Of a DNA stretch of 64,000 bases, positions 1 through 10,295 are shown one piece after another. Where the stretch lies: assembly GCA_965208675.1 (NCBI GenBank), contig OZ242351.1:2944001-3008000 (forward strand), in the 5' to 3' direction. Position numbers and translations under genes: made by a program. Numbering within the stretch: position 1 is the first letter of the stretch; each line of letters begins with the position of its first letter. This DNA comes from Candidatus Poribacteria bacterium (GTDB lineage Bacteria; Poribacteria; WGA-4E; PCPOR2b). Below the pieces are notes generated by a model that was given only the letters and a program-made list of their open reading frames with translations, ran no database searches and was not told the DNA's origin.

Positions 1-630
1 TCGAATGAGCCCGTAACCATGGCACAACAGTGGCAACAGGAAGGCGCCGAATATCTACATCTCGTCGATCTCAATGGCGCTTTCCGAGGGACAACCGGGA
101 ACCTTCACATAGTCAAGGAAATCGTCGGCACTGTTAGTATTCCTACGCAATTAGGTGGCGGTATACGTACAATCGAGAGGTTGCATCAGATTATGGACCT
201 CGGTGTATCGCGAGCAATTCTTGGTACAGCCGCGCTCAATAATCCGCGGTTGGTTGAGGAGGCATTGAATATATATAGAGATCGAATTGCCGTCGGCATT
301 GATGCAAAAGATGGAATGGTTGCAACAGAGGGTTGGTTAAATTTGTCTCAAATTTCGGCGCTTACATTCGCCAAAGAAATAGAAGCCAAGGGGATTCAAA
401 CCATCATCTATACGGACATCGAAAGCGATGGAATGCTGAAGGGGCCTAACCTAGAGGCAACTCAATCTTTGATTGAGACTGTAAAATCCGACATCATAGC
501 TTCTGGCGGCATCACGTCAATTCAAGATGTCGTTGACCTTAAGAAATCCGGTGCGTCGGGGGCTATCATAGGTCGCGCGCTTTACACCAACGTGTTAAAT
601 TTGAATGCTGCCATTACTGCCGCCCGCTAA
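1..630 (+). CDS. hisA: ProFAR isomerase HisA (5' end outside window)
   Basis: LHLVDLNGA, QLGGGIR, ILGTAA, YTDIESDGML, IASGG and IIGRALY motifs; the frame is open back to position 1. Confidence 0.95.
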   Translation, partial: SNEPVTMAQQWQQEGAEYLHLVDLNGAFRGTTGNLHIVKEIVGTVSIPTQLGGGIRTIERLHQIMDLGVSRAILGTAALNNPRLVEEALNIYRDRIAVGIDAKDGMVATEGWLNLSQISALTFAKEIEAKGIQTIIYTDIESDGMLKGPNLEATQSLIETVKSDIIASGGITSIQDVVDLKKSGASGAIIGRALYTNVLNLNAAITAAR

Positions 631-645
631 ATAACCCAATCTATT

Positions 646-1116
646 CTACTCATCTGGACGAATCCAACTTACTACGTCTTCAGCTTCCCCCGCTCCGCCT
701 TCGCGCCCATCACTGCCAAATGAAATCAAATCGTAACCATAGCGATCGTGGACGCCGGGGCGAATATAGATGTACTCATTCTGCCACGGATCCTTTGTGA
801 AAGGTATCTTTAAGTACGGCCCACTCCAATTGACTGGAATAGGCGGTTTCTCAGGCTTTTCCCAGAGCGCAGCAAGTCCTTGCGCGGTTGATGGATAATC
901 CCCATTGTCTTTCGCATAGCTATCAAGCGCAATGCCTATCGCTTCAATTTCTTCAGCAGCCTGCGCTTGCAGGGCTTTTCCCGCTTGTCCAAGTATGCGG
1001 CCGCCGCCAAAAATGACTGCCGCCACAACACCTATGATTACAATCACTACCAGAAGCTGGGTAGACGTCAGACCAGACTGTTGATTGTTAATCCTTCTCA
1101 AACGAATTTCCTCCAT
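646..1116 (-). CDS. gspG: Type II secretion major pseudopilin GspG-like protein
   Basis: Prepilin-like N-terminal helix; ALDSYAKDNGDYPSTAQGLAAL, W.GPYL, KDPWQNEYIY..PG and YDLISFGSDG motifs; start taken at MEEIR. Confidence 0.85.
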   Translation of the reverse strand: MEEIRLRRINNQQSGLTSTQLLVVIVIIGVVAAVIFGGGRILGQAGKALQAQAAEEIEAIGIALDSYAKDNGDYPSTAQGLAALWEKPEKPPIPVNWSGPYLKIPFTKDPWQNEYIYIRPGVHDRYGYDLISFGSDGREGGAGEAEDVVSWIRPDE

Positions 1117-1255
1117 TCTCGTTAGACGATCCCATTTTAGCACAACCGCCTTTTTGCCTGCAACCACATTCCGATAGACTCAGGAAATTCCAAAACCGGT
1201 ACTTGTTGACAAACTGCTGTCTCGCTGCAAACGCAACAATTGACATAAAAAAATA

Positions 1256-2161
1256 TCAAAACGTCTCTTCGTTAAACTCCCGTTCCAATGTTCTCACTTT
1301 ATCCATCCCTGTGAGCTGTGCGACTTCTTGAAGGGGCATTAGCTCATCCACTAACGATATAGTTGTGCCATTATCCTGTAGTTCCTTCATCACTCGAGTA
1401 ACTGCTTTTGCCGCCGCCATGAGCGCGGTCATAGGGTATATGACAACCTTAAACCCCATACGGTACAGTTCGTCACTTGTGAGCAATGGTCTTCCGACGC
1501 TTTCAGTCATATTTGCCAGTACATGAGCATAAGGGCGAATGTTCTGGGCAACTATCTTTAACTCTTCGACGGTCTCCTCTGTGTAACCCGGATCAACAAA
1601 GATTATGTCTGCACCTGCCTGAGCGTAGGCAATGCCGCGCTTAACTCCCTCTTCCAGCCCTATCGCCCGGCTTGCGTGCGTTCGGGCAATCACCACAAAT
1701 TCTGGGTCCATCTCCGCTCGCACCTTGGCTACAGCTTTCAGTTTGCGCGCCATCGCTTCCACAGGAATAACATCGCCTCCGCCTAAAGATGGCGATCGCT
1801 TGGGCGACACCTGATCTTCAATATACATGCCCGCCAGCCCTGCCTGAATGACTTCTCGCGTCGTCCGCAGCACATTGAAAATATCCCCGAATCCGTCATC
1901 CATATCGCAAATCACAGGGAGGTTTACTGCAGCCGCCATGTTTCTGGCATAGTTTACCATTTCGGTTGCGGTGTGCAGCCCTATATCCGGCATTCCCAGA
2001 AAACTCGCTGCCGTGTTGTAACCACCGTGCAATGCCGCTTTGAACCCCGTGCGCTCTATGATACGAAGAGAAAGGCAGTCATAAGCACAAGGGGCTACAA
2101 CTACGCCGGGTTGTTCCAGTAACTCCCGAAGTTGCGTCGTTCTTTTTTTCCCGTTTATCAT
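1256..2161 (-). CDS. Isocitrate lyase/PEP mutase family enzyme
   Basis: AYDCLS, PDIGL, DMDDGFG, IEDQ, IARTH and AGADIIF motifs; catalytic loop reads KRSPS instead of KRCGH. Confidence 0.85.
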   Translation of the reverse strand: MINGKKRTTQLRELLEQPGVVVAPCAYDCLSLRIIERTGFKAALHGGYNTAASFLGMPDIGLHTATEMVNYARNMAAAVNLPVICDMDDGFGDIFNVLRTTREVIQAGLAGMYIEDQVSPKRSPSLGGGDVIPVEAMARKLKAVAKVRAEMDPEFVVIARTHASRAIGLEEGVKRGIAYAQAGADIIFVDPGYTEETVEELKIVAQNIRPYAHVLANMTESVGRPLLTSDELYRMGFKVVIYPMTALMAAAKAVTRVMKELQDNGTTISLVDELMPLQEVAQLTGMDKVRTLEREFNEETF

Positions 2162-2217
2162 AGGCGTGCATAAAAGCCAAGCTTACCGCAAGTCATGGGC
2201 AACAGATGATTTCATCT

Positions 2218-2616
2218 TTAGCGTATGCGTTCCCAATCCTTCATCAAGTCCCGATAGGCTCCAACTGGTCCAAATACGGGGGGTGTATTCACCCAATAGA
2301 GTTCCATCTCCTCATCGCCAGTGTTGATGGCGCGATGGCCTACACCGGGGGCGATGTATACTGCTGTTCCTTGCTCCACATCGACTACACGATCGTCCAA
2401 TACAAATTGACCCGTCCCCCGCAAAACGTAATAAATCTCTTCTCCTTCGTGAACACTCAGCTTCGTCTGTTCCTCGCCGGACGGTAAAATTACGATTCCG
2501 GCAGCGATATTGGCGGTGGGGGTGATGTCTCTTTCAAATATCAAGCCCATACAACGCCGGTGCGGGAGTGGTGATTTCCATAACATACACTCATTCGCCT
2601 TAACGACATCCTTCAT
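2218..2616 (-). CDS. Cupin domain protein
   Basis: HEGEEIYYVLRGTG...IAPGVGH cupin motifs. Confidence 0.85.
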   Translation of the reverse strand: MKDVVKANECMLWKSPLPHRRCMGLIFERDITPTANIAAGIVILPSGEEQTKLSVHEGEEIYYVLRGTGQFVLDDRVVDVEQGTAVYIAPGVGHRAINTGDEEMELYWVNTPPVFGPVGAYRDLMKDWERIR

Positions 2617-2695
2617 GGTTTTCCTCTCTTTTGTTTCAATAAGTGCCCAGTCCGTGACATAATGTCTCTCGCTAACGTTCTACTTTATGATTCGC

Positions 2696-3481
2696 TTATG
2701 TTTCGCCTGTTAACGCTTCTGTGCTTGTGGCGGGTGACAGGGCGCCCACGCCGCCATCTACACACAGGAGAGAACCGTTCACATAGTCGGATTCCGAAGA
2801 CGCCAAGAACAATGCGGCGCGAGCCTGTTCTTCGGGTTGTCCCAGCCGTTGAAGTGGTACCCGCTTAGACCTATCCGCGCGATAATCTTCAGTTGTCGAT
2901 TCCAGCAGCATCGGGGTCGCAGTTGCCCCGGGACAGATGCAATTAACGTGGATATTGTATTTTCCCCATTCTACAGCGAGAGCCCTAGTTAATCCCGCCA
3001 CGCCGTGCTTTGATGCTGTATAATGTGCCATCTGGGGCACGCCGCTCATTCCTGCTGTAGAGGCAAAATTCACAATCTTCCCGTACCGCTGATTAATCAT
3101 GACCTTTCCAACTTCCCTGCAACACAAGAAAACTCCCGTCAGATTTACATCAATTACTCTTCGCCATTGCTGCAAGGAAACCTCCGCAGTAGGCCCAAAC
3201 TCGGCTATGCCGACACAGTTGACGAGGATGTCAATCCTATGAAACTCCTGTAATACGGCATCGGCCAATCTTATCACCTGATTCTCATCTACGACATCTA
3301 GTGCTAGTGCTTGCGCATGACCTCCCGCCATTCCGACTTTCAATGCCACATCGTTCGCTTTCCCATCATCTATATCACCGATGATGACCCTCGCTCCCTC
3401 TTGGGCAAAAAGTTGAGCGATAGATGCACCCATGCCCGATGCGCCACCCGAGATAATAGCAATCTTGTTTTGTAGCTTCAT
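2696..3481 (-). CDS. SDR family oxidoreductase
   Basis: SGGASGMG, NCVG, YTASK and VNCICPG motifs. Confidence 0.92.
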   Translation of the reverse strand: MKLQNKIAIISGGASGMGASIAQLFAQEGARVIIGDIDDGKANDVALKVGMAGGHAQALALDVVDENQVIRLADAVLQEFHRIDILVNCVGIAEFGPTAEVSLQQWRRVIDVNLTGVFLCCREVGKVMINQRYGKIVNFASTAGMSGVPQMAHYTASKHGVAGLTRALAVEWGKYNIHVNCICPGATATPMLLESTTEDYRADRSKRVPLQRLGQPEEQARAALFLASSESDYVNGSLLCVDGGVGALSPATSTEALTGET

Positions 3482-3551
3482 GGAATTTTTTTTGACGTCG
3501 GGGTGAAATTGAGGGATTTAGGGGCCTTTGGTGGAAAAAGCATGCCGCGGT

Positions 3552-4343
3552 TCACTCAAAGTGGTGCGCGCGAATACATGCAGTTAACCCGCCATCAACC
3601 GGCAGCACAACACCGGTTATCCATGACGAATCTGGGGATGCAAGGAACAGTGCGGCTTTTGCGACATCCGATAACTTGCCTAATCTGCCCATTGGGATAG
3701 AACGTAGCATGCCTTCCTTAAATACTGGATTCGTTGCCTCCATCAACAAGGGCGTCTCAATCGTTGCCGGACAAATGCAGTTGACATTTATGTTAAATGC
3801 GCCCAAGTCTACAGCGAATGCTCTCGTCAGCCCAACAACCCCGTGTTTGGCAATGCTATAAGAAGCAGCTTGCGGAATTGCGCGAACCGCTGCCGCTGAC
3901 CCAATATTGATGATTTTGCCGCTTCGCTTTCTCATCATCTCGGGCATAACCGCGTGACAAGTGTTCCACATGCCGTCAAGATTGACAGAACGTATCTTCC
4001 GCCAAAGCTCCATTGAATAGGCATCAGGCGGTACAAAGTGGTTCCAACCCGCACAATTGACTAAGATATCAACTGTACCAAGCTGCCGCAAAGTCCTTTC
4101 TACTTCCGCTTTCACTCCTACATCATCTGTGATATCTGTTTCTGACGCAATAGCTTCGCCACCGAGATGTTCAATCGCTTTGGCTACCTTGGTACCGCCG
4201 GGACCATCAATGTCCATAACAACCAATGCGGCCCCTTGTCGAGTGAACTCCATGCAAATTCCTTCACCGATGCCTGAAGCGCCGCCTGTGACAATGGCGA
4301 CCTTACCCTGCAATTGACCGCCGCTTGATGATTGGTCCGCCAT
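3552..4343 (-). CDS. SDR family oxidoreductase
   Basis: TGGASGIG, NCAG and YSIAK motifs. Confidence 0.92.
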   Translation of the reverse strand: MADQSSSGGQLQGKVAIVTGGASGIGEGICMEFTRQGAALVVMDIDGPGGTKVAKAIEHLGGEAIASETDITDDVGVKAEVERTLRQLGTVDILVNCAGWNHFVPPDAYSMELWRKIRSVNLDGMWNTCHAVMPEMMRKRSGKIINIGSAAAVRAIPQAASYSIAKHGVVGLTRAFAVDLGAFNINVNCICPATIETPLLMEATNPVFKEGMLRSIPMGRLGKLSDVAKAALFLASPDSSWITGVVLPVDGGLTACIRAHHFE

Positions 4344-4398
4344 TAACGCGCTCCTATTTTTCTAGTGCCGGAATCAACGATAGCCCTACTTTTTGCAT

Positions 4399-4426
4399 AT
4401 TATACGTGAATGCATCCTAAAGTCAA
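4399..4426 (-). promoter_or_regulatory. sigma70-like promoter for the SDR-SDR-cupin-ICL operon
   Basis: TTGACT-N16-TATAAT on the minus strand, ~55 nt upstream of the 4343 start. Confidence 0.55.
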
Positions 4427-4549
4427 GTAGAAAGAAAACACAAGGACAATGCTCGTTGCCCGCCAAAAAAGAAGTCGTGTCACGATGACTACGTTCTTAG
4501 CCGGATCCGCAACAGGCTGAAATTACACGGCAAGATTCAGATTTTTCTC

Positions 4550-4578
4550 TTGATTTTTGATTTGAAGGTTCTTATAAT
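4550..4578 (+). promoter_or_regulatory. sigma70-like promoter for the metallophosphoesterase gene
   Basis: TTGATT-N17-TATAAT. Confidence 0.45.
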
Positions 4579-4843
4579 GCTGTGGACTCTGCAACTTGGT
4601 TAGAACACGGGTTACATCTCGTATAGCAACTGGTTGTCAGTTAGAAAGATGATTTCTCAATTGCCTATTTATGCGTTATAATATCTTGGCCCTCTGTTCT
4701 TATCACACCTACTTGAGATCTCATGAAAAACACCCCGCGGGTGATGACAAGAAGTTTCTTAATGCCTACCAGCCGATTCCTGGTAAGTTGCCGCACATTG
4801 AAGTATATTCACCCTTCGACACCCATTTAAACTGGAGCCCTTA

Positions 4844-6313
4844 ATGTCGTTTTCTTCCGAACCTAGTCAACTCAACGTGCAAAATCCCGCCGACGGTGAG
4901 CGGGGCATTCCGGCGCTCCTGCCCCGTGGCGGGCGTGGGCATCAGTTTGTCGTCTATGCCGATTGTTGCTCTGGCGTGCCCGGCGCAAAATTCGAACCAA
5001 ACTTCGCCGCTGTGAATGCCGCGGTAGCGAGGATTCATCCCCAACCCGATTTCATCATCTTTCCCGGTGACCACATTCTGGGAATTACGCAAGACTATGC
5101 CGCGTTACGTCAGCAGTGGCACTATTGGCTGCACACGGAAATGAGCTGGTTCAGGAAACGGGCCGTAGAAATCTATCACACAACTAGCAACCACAACACA
5201 TACGATGTCGAGAGCGAACAGGTGTGGCGTGACGTCTTTCCTGAAATCCCCTGCAATGGCCCCTCAGGTCAGGAGGGCTTGTCTTATTTCGTACGCCGCG
5301 GCGATTTTTTGCTAGTGTGTGTCAATACGGCTTACTCTGGACTAGGGGGCAACGGCCATGTTGAGCATGAATGGCTAGACCGAGTGCTATACGCCAACGG
5401 CGATGCCGCGTACAAGTTCGTCGCGGGCCATCATCCGGCTCTAACTGTAAATGGCTACGAGCGGTATCCGTTCTGGCGAATTGTCCCAGATGAAGGAGAA
5501 TCATTCTGGGATGTGTTGGCTAAACATCGCGTTCAAGCCTACCTCTGCAGTCACATTATTGCTTTTGATGTTCAGGCACGTGAGGGAGTACTCCAAGTGT
5601 GCACCGGCGGAGCGGGTACCAACTATGGTCCCGGCGGTTTCATGCCCGGTCGAACAGAATACCACCACGCCGTGCAGTTTGCTGTCGACCCCGCAGGTAC
5701 AAGCTACCAAGTGATTGACACTAATGGTACGGTACGTGAGCGGCTGGAATGGCCGATATCGCTTCCACCGGCGGTTGAATGGGAACAAGTTACACCAGAG
5801 GGGGCATCGGCAAAGTTCGGATGCGCTTGGGACGATTCTAGTCACAATCTCGGTGATGATTGGCTTTGTGCCTGGCGCATCTCAGGAGTGCTGCACCACA
5901 TTGCATCTGGCAAGAACACGCAATCCCTCCTCTGTGGATGGGACGACCTTGAGGGCGCCGCGACAATCTGGATTGGATTTGAGGGCTGTCCGCCGGTGCT
6001 CACGATTAAACTCGTGACCGAATCTGGAATGGGAACACAGACTTGGATTGGCACGGTGATGACACCGGGAGAACCTTTTGATTTCCACCTGGCGCTACAT
6101 AGCGGGATGGGTCCCGGCGGTGTTCTGTATCGGCTAGATGACGCATCTCGTTGGTCGTCATTGCAATCATCTGCGTCCACGGGGGCGGAAAATCTTATAT
6201 GGCCGCGCAAATGGGACATCGGCCACAGCCAAAGCGGCATATCCGATCGTCCGTTTCTTGGAAAAAATCTGCGAACATCCTGGTCGAAACGCCGTCTTCC
6301 AACACCATCGTAA
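4844..6313 (+). CDS. Calcineurin-like metallophosphoesterase with C-terminal extension
   Basis: ADCC, PGDHI, TSNHN, GHHP and CSHI variants of the five MPP motifs; GGAG RBS. Confidence 0.75.
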   Translation: MSFSSEPSQLNVQNPADGERGIPALLPRGGRGHQFVVYADCCSGVPGAKFEPNFAAVNAAVARIHPQPDFIIFPGDHILGITQDYAALRQQWHYWLHTEMSWFRKRAVEIYHTTSNHNTYDVESEQVWRDVFPEIPCNGPSGQEGLSYFVRRGDFLLVCVNTAYSGLGGNGHVEHEWLDRVLYANGDAAYKFVAGHHPALTVNGYERYPFWRIVPDEGESFWDVLAKHRVQAYLCSHIIAFDVQAREGVLQVCTGGAGTNYGPGGFMPGRTEYHHAVQFAVDPAGTSYQVIDTNGTVRERLEWPISLPPAVEWEQVTPEGASAKFGCAWDDSSHNLGDDWLCAWRISGVLHHIASGKNTQSLLCGWDDLEGAATIWIGFEGCPPVLTIKLVTESGMGTQTWIGTVMTPGEPFDFHLALHSGMGPGGVLYRLDDASRWSSLQSSASTGAENLIWPRKWDIGHSQSGISDRPFLGKNLRTSWSKRRLPTPS

Positions 6314-6378
6314 AGCGGTCATTAACTGAGACAATCTTCCTTTAGGTACTTGCATAGTTTCTTGGAGTATAGATTCCG

Positions 6379-7188
6379 ATGCGATTCGTATTTGCTATTT
6401 CCATTCTCTTCTCCGCTGTGCAAATTCTTGTGCCTTCAGCCGGCGCGCTAGACGATTTGTTGATTTACCTCCCATTTAATGAAGGAGAGGGAGTTCGCAC
6501 CGAAGACGCTTCGGGCAACGGTTTTGACGGAAAACTCAAAAATGGAGCTAAGTGGACGGAAAACGGCAAGGGTGGTAGCGCCGTAGAATTCGGGAACGGG
6601 AACAATTCCCATGTTGCAGCCGAAGGAAAAATTCTCGACCCAATCTCAGAATCAGGGCAATTTACCATCGGCGCTTACTTTAAACTCACACAGCATCGTG
6701 GTTTTGACGCAATTATTAGCGTTGAGATGCAGGGCGCCGGTTGTTGCAAATACCGCATTCTGGTAAGCCCGGGTTTTAATCCCTATTGGAACGCATCAAA
6801 CGGCCCGCCAAATGACAGGACCTTTGCCGGCTTCCAATTTAAACTAAACACATGGTACAATTATGTCTTAACATATGATGGTCAAAGGGGAAATGTCTAT
6901 GTCAATGGGAAACTAATAACAGGCGTTGATGAAGGGAAAACACCGCCCATTGTTAGCCCATCTACGCTATACGTCGGGAGGGGTGAAGCTGACGGAATGC
7001 ATACACTGGAAGGGGGTGTTATCGACGAAGTTTTCATTTTCAGCCGCGCTTTAACACAGAGGGAAATTCAAACCATCATGAAAGGCGGCGTAATTCCTGC
7101 CGCCAGTGCTTTTGACGTCAATCCTAAAGGTAAATTGTCAACCACTTGGTCCGCCCTAAAAACACATAGAATCGTGGACAGCTATTGA
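6379..7188 (+). CDS. Secreted LamG-like jellyroll protein with Poribacteria-type C-terminal tail
   Basis: Signal peptide; YLPFNEGEG..DASGNG, YVNG and IDEVFIFSRALT motifs; tail VNPKGKLSTTWSALK. Confidence 0.85.
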   Translation: MRFVFAISILFSAVQILVPSAGALDDLLIYLPFNEGEGVRTEDASGNGFDGKLKNGAKWTENGKGGSAVEFGNGNNSHVAAEGKILDPISESGQFTIGAYFKLTQHRGFDAIISVEMQGAGCCKYRILVSPGFNPYWNASNGPPNDRTFAGFQFKLNTWYNYVLTYDGQRGNVYVNGKLITGVDEGKTPPIVSPSTLYVGRGEADGMHTLEGGVIDEVFIFSRALTQREIQTIMKGGVIPAASAFDVNPKGKLSTTWSALKTHRIVDSY

Positions 7189-7354
7189 GGAGGAAGCCAT
7201 AGATTTTAATTTGGAGGTCAGCATAAATTTACGTTCGCCATTCAATTTAATAACAAAGCGCCGATATTGACTCCCCATTTTAATTTCGTTAAAGGTTTCC
7301 GACGAGTGTAATTCACGATCGCGCATTAAACTATCAATAAGGAGCTATTGCTTT

Positions 7355-8917
7355 ATGACAAAACTCAACGACGTGAACACAACTGACATCCACGACGCCA
7401 TTTCTCTAGGTTGTCGCACCATGTGCAGCGTTTTCAACGCGGACGACAATGACATCCCCTTTTTCGGGTCGCTTGTGCGCCCTGATGCGAAGTTGACCTT
7501 CGCTTCGTATGCTTCGGAGTCCCATGTTCCAGGACGTCACTTAAACGCATTGTTAAATGCCGAAGATGCTATCGGTATCGACCTGGACGAGGATGCAATC
7601 GAAAAGCATGCGAATGCCGCATTCTATTCTTATAGCGGCCCGATACCGCTGCCCTTGAATCGCGAGACAATCGACGGCGAACTAAAGAATTGTATCGCAC
7701 ACAATATTCGAGAAGGCTTTCATGCGCTCTACGCACTTGCCAAATACCGGCAGTCCGAGCAAGCCTGCCGCTTAGCCGAGGACTCAATCGCCGCCATTTT
7801 CGAATACTGGGCCCCATCGCACGCCTGGGATCGGGAACGCATAGAAGAAATGGGGTTGAGAGCCCCTGGCGATGCATTCGTTACCGGTTTGGCGCGTGCA
7901 ATCGGTCCGCTGGTAAAATACTACGAAGCTACGGGATACGGTCCCGCCTTGGATTTAGCAATCGTCCTCAAGGAGAAAACCATCAACGGAGTCTTCACTG
8001 AGGAGGGCGGATACGACCCGGCGATTTTTGCGACCCATACTCATTCGACCACCTGCATCATGTCATCGCTTGCTCAACTCGCGGACCTAACAAGTGATTC
8101 AACACTCATGAATCGAGTGAAAGCCTTTTACGACAACGGACTCTGGGACATTCGCGATGCGCTTGGTTGGGTAATTGAGTCTAGCCGCGAGGATGCATCC
8201 CCGGATAACGGCGAAGTGAATAACACCGGGGACATCGTTGAAACAGCGTTGATTCTAGGCAGTTGGGGTTACACGGATTATTACGGGGACGCTGAGCGTA
8301 TTTTGCGCGGACACCTGCTCCCTTCCCAACTACGCGACATCTCCTTTATCGAAGAGCCGCCCAACCCGGAGGGCGAAGACGGCAAGCGCGATGTTGCCAA
8401 CAGGCATCAAGGCGCATTCGGCTTCCCTGCACCTTACGGTCACCAAGCAGTTGAAACCTCCCACGTGAGTTTCAACATGGACATCGTCGGCGGCGCGGTA
8501 GGTTCATTGTGTGAGGTATATCGGGAGGCAACACGGTTCGATTCCGCCGGACATTGGGTCAACCTTCTTTTCGATCACGAAACAGATGCAATCAATGTTC
8601 AATCCCCTTATACCGAATCGGCGTTACGTATTAGGACAAAATACCCCGCCCCCTTATTCGTCCGCATTCCTTCTTGGGTTGAGCCGGCGAGTATAACGGT
8701 AGAGGGAACATCTGAATCGCCAACGCACACTAACGGCTATCTTTTTATTGCTGAACCCCCAGTGAATCGGGTGTTGTCCTTTAAATTCGCCATCCCAGAG
8801 CAGGAAATTCAATTAAAACACCGCACAAGGGAGATTCGTACTCGGCTTCGGGGTGATGCGGTGGTTGCCATGCAGAACTTCGGCGCGGATCTTACGTTCT
8901 TCGATCCAATCGATTAA
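7355..8917 (+). CDS. Hypothetical protein, possibly a GH127-like (alpha/alpha)6 glycoside hydrolase
   Basis: AAGGAG RBS; HTHS, GEVNN...YYGDAER..RGHLL, WVNLLF and VRIPSW segments resemble the GH127 architecture. Confidence 0.5.
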   Translation: MTKLNDVNTTDIHDAISLGCRTMCSVFNADDNDIPFFGSLVRPDAKLTFASYASESHVPGRHLNALLNAEDAIGIDLDEDAIEKHANAAFYSYSGPIPLPLNRETIDGELKNCIAHNIREGFHALYALAKYRQSEQACRLAEDSIAAIFEYWAPSHAWDRERIEEMGLRAPGDAFVTGLARAIGPLVKYYEATGYGPALDLAIVLKEKTINGVFTEEGGYDPAIFATHTHSTTCIMSSLAQLADLTSDSTLMNRVKAFYDNGLWDIRDALGWVIESSREDASPDNGEVNNTGDIVETALILGSWGYTDYYGDAERILRGHLLPSQLRDISFIEEPPNPEGEDGKRDVANRHQGAFGFPAPYGHQAVETSHVSFNMDIVGGAVGSLCEVYREATRFDSAGHWVNLLFDHETDAINVQSPYTESALRIRTKYPAPLFVRIPSWVEPASITVEGTSESPTHTNGYLFIAEPPVNRVLSFKFAIPEQEIQLKHRTREIRTRLRGDAVVAMQNFGADLTFFDPID

Positions 8918-9003
8918 ACTGCGCGCACTGCTACAATGAACATTAACTCTGCTTGGGTGTTACAACGCTGAATGGGGCTAATTCAGACTTGTGACGCGAA
9001 AGG

Positions 9004-10179
9004 CTAACTTGCGTATGCGTCCTCTACGTCTCGCCATTGCCCAGTTTCCCACGAACGTTGTATCGCAGCCTGCACCTGTGCTACTGCTAAAGCTTCTGCG
9101 AAGCCGGGTGCAGCTTGCCGGCCGTCTAGGATAGACTTTAAGAATTGGTGGGCTTCAATGACCTTGAGTTCTTCATACCCTAAACCAATGCCCGGACCGG
9201 GATTAAATCGGGAATGGAAAGCATGCTCCGGTCCGCCTACTATGCGAACAAAACCTTCATGGGTATTGTTGTCATCTGGAAGATAGAGTTGGAGTTCATT
9301 CATCCGTTCAAAGTCCCAACTCAATGCCCCGCGCGTACCGTTCACCTCGAACGCCATGGGAGATTTCAAGCCGCTTATAATCCGGCATGCCTCTAGCGTA
9401 CCATGTGCTCCATTGGCAAATTGCACCAGTGCGCCCGCATAGTCTTCGTTAGTTACATCTCCCATCGGTCCCGCCGTGCGAGCTGTCGTATGTGTAACTT
9501 CGCCGGGTTTGGGTAGTGGACGTTGCGGGATAAACGTCTCACGATTCCCAATCACGCACTTTATTGGTCCCGCAATCATATGCGCCATATCAATCACATG
9601 CGACAGCAAATCTCCCAAAGTTCCTAACCCGGAAAGTTCTCGCTGAAACCGCCACGACAGTACCGTTTGAGGATTACTAGCCCAGCCTGTAAAGAATGTG
9701 CCCCGGTAGTGGGTTAGCGTACCCAAACGTCCATTCTGAATCAACTGGTGTGCGTACTGCACAAGCGGTGCCCACCTGTAATTGAACCCCACGAAAGTCA
9801 GAATACCCGCCCGGCGCGCCGTACGTTCTATTTCTTCTGTTTCCATCGGGTTTCGGCCAACAGGTTTTTCACAGAAGATGTGCTTACCCGCTTCGGCTGC
9901 TAACCGGGCAATTTCAAGATGGACGTTGTTCGATGCGGCAATATTCACTACTTCAACAGCCGGATCCGCGATTACTTGTCTCCAATCTACGGTGTGCCGT
10001 TCAAAACCGAACCGCGTTTTCGCTTGGCGTGCACGGTCTTCCGCCTCGTCCGCGCAAATTACCAGACGGGGTTGGATGCCGCTGTCATGAAATCGATGCG
10101 GAATCTCCCGGTAGGAGCGGCTGTGTGTCATCCCCATCCAGCCTACACCAATCACGCCAATCCCAATGTTTCGCGTCAC
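9004..10179 (-). CDS. Gfo/Idh/MocA family oxidoreductase
   Basis: [22 protein letters not shown] and DLLSH motifs. Confidence 0.92.
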   Translation of the reverse strand: MTRNIGIGVIGVGWMGMTHSRSYREIPHRFHDSGIQPRLVICADEAEDRARQAKTRFGFERHTVDWRQVIADPAVEVVNIAASNNVHLEIARLAAEAGKHIFCEKPVGRNPMETEEIERTARRAGILTFVGFNYRWAPLVQYAHQLIQNGRLGTLTHYRGTFFTGWASNPQTVLSWRFQRELSGLGTLGDLLSHVIDMAHMIAGPIKCVIGNRETFIPQRPLPKPGEVTHTTARTAGPMGDVTNEDYAGALVQFANGAHGTLEACRIISGLKSPMAFEVNGTRGALSWDFERMNELQLYLPDDNNTHEGFVRIVGGPEHAFHSRFNPGPGIGLGYEELKVIEAHQFLKSILDGRQAAPGFAEALAVAQVQAAIQRSWETGQWRDVEDAYAS

Positions 10180-10295
10180 GGTTGCTCTCCTTCGCTTTCA
10201 AATTTTGGCGAATCCGGTTGAAGCGATAAATGCAGCTCGGCGATACGAACTTACGCTCATACTCGCCTCCAGCAAAACAGCGCCGGCACGCCCTA

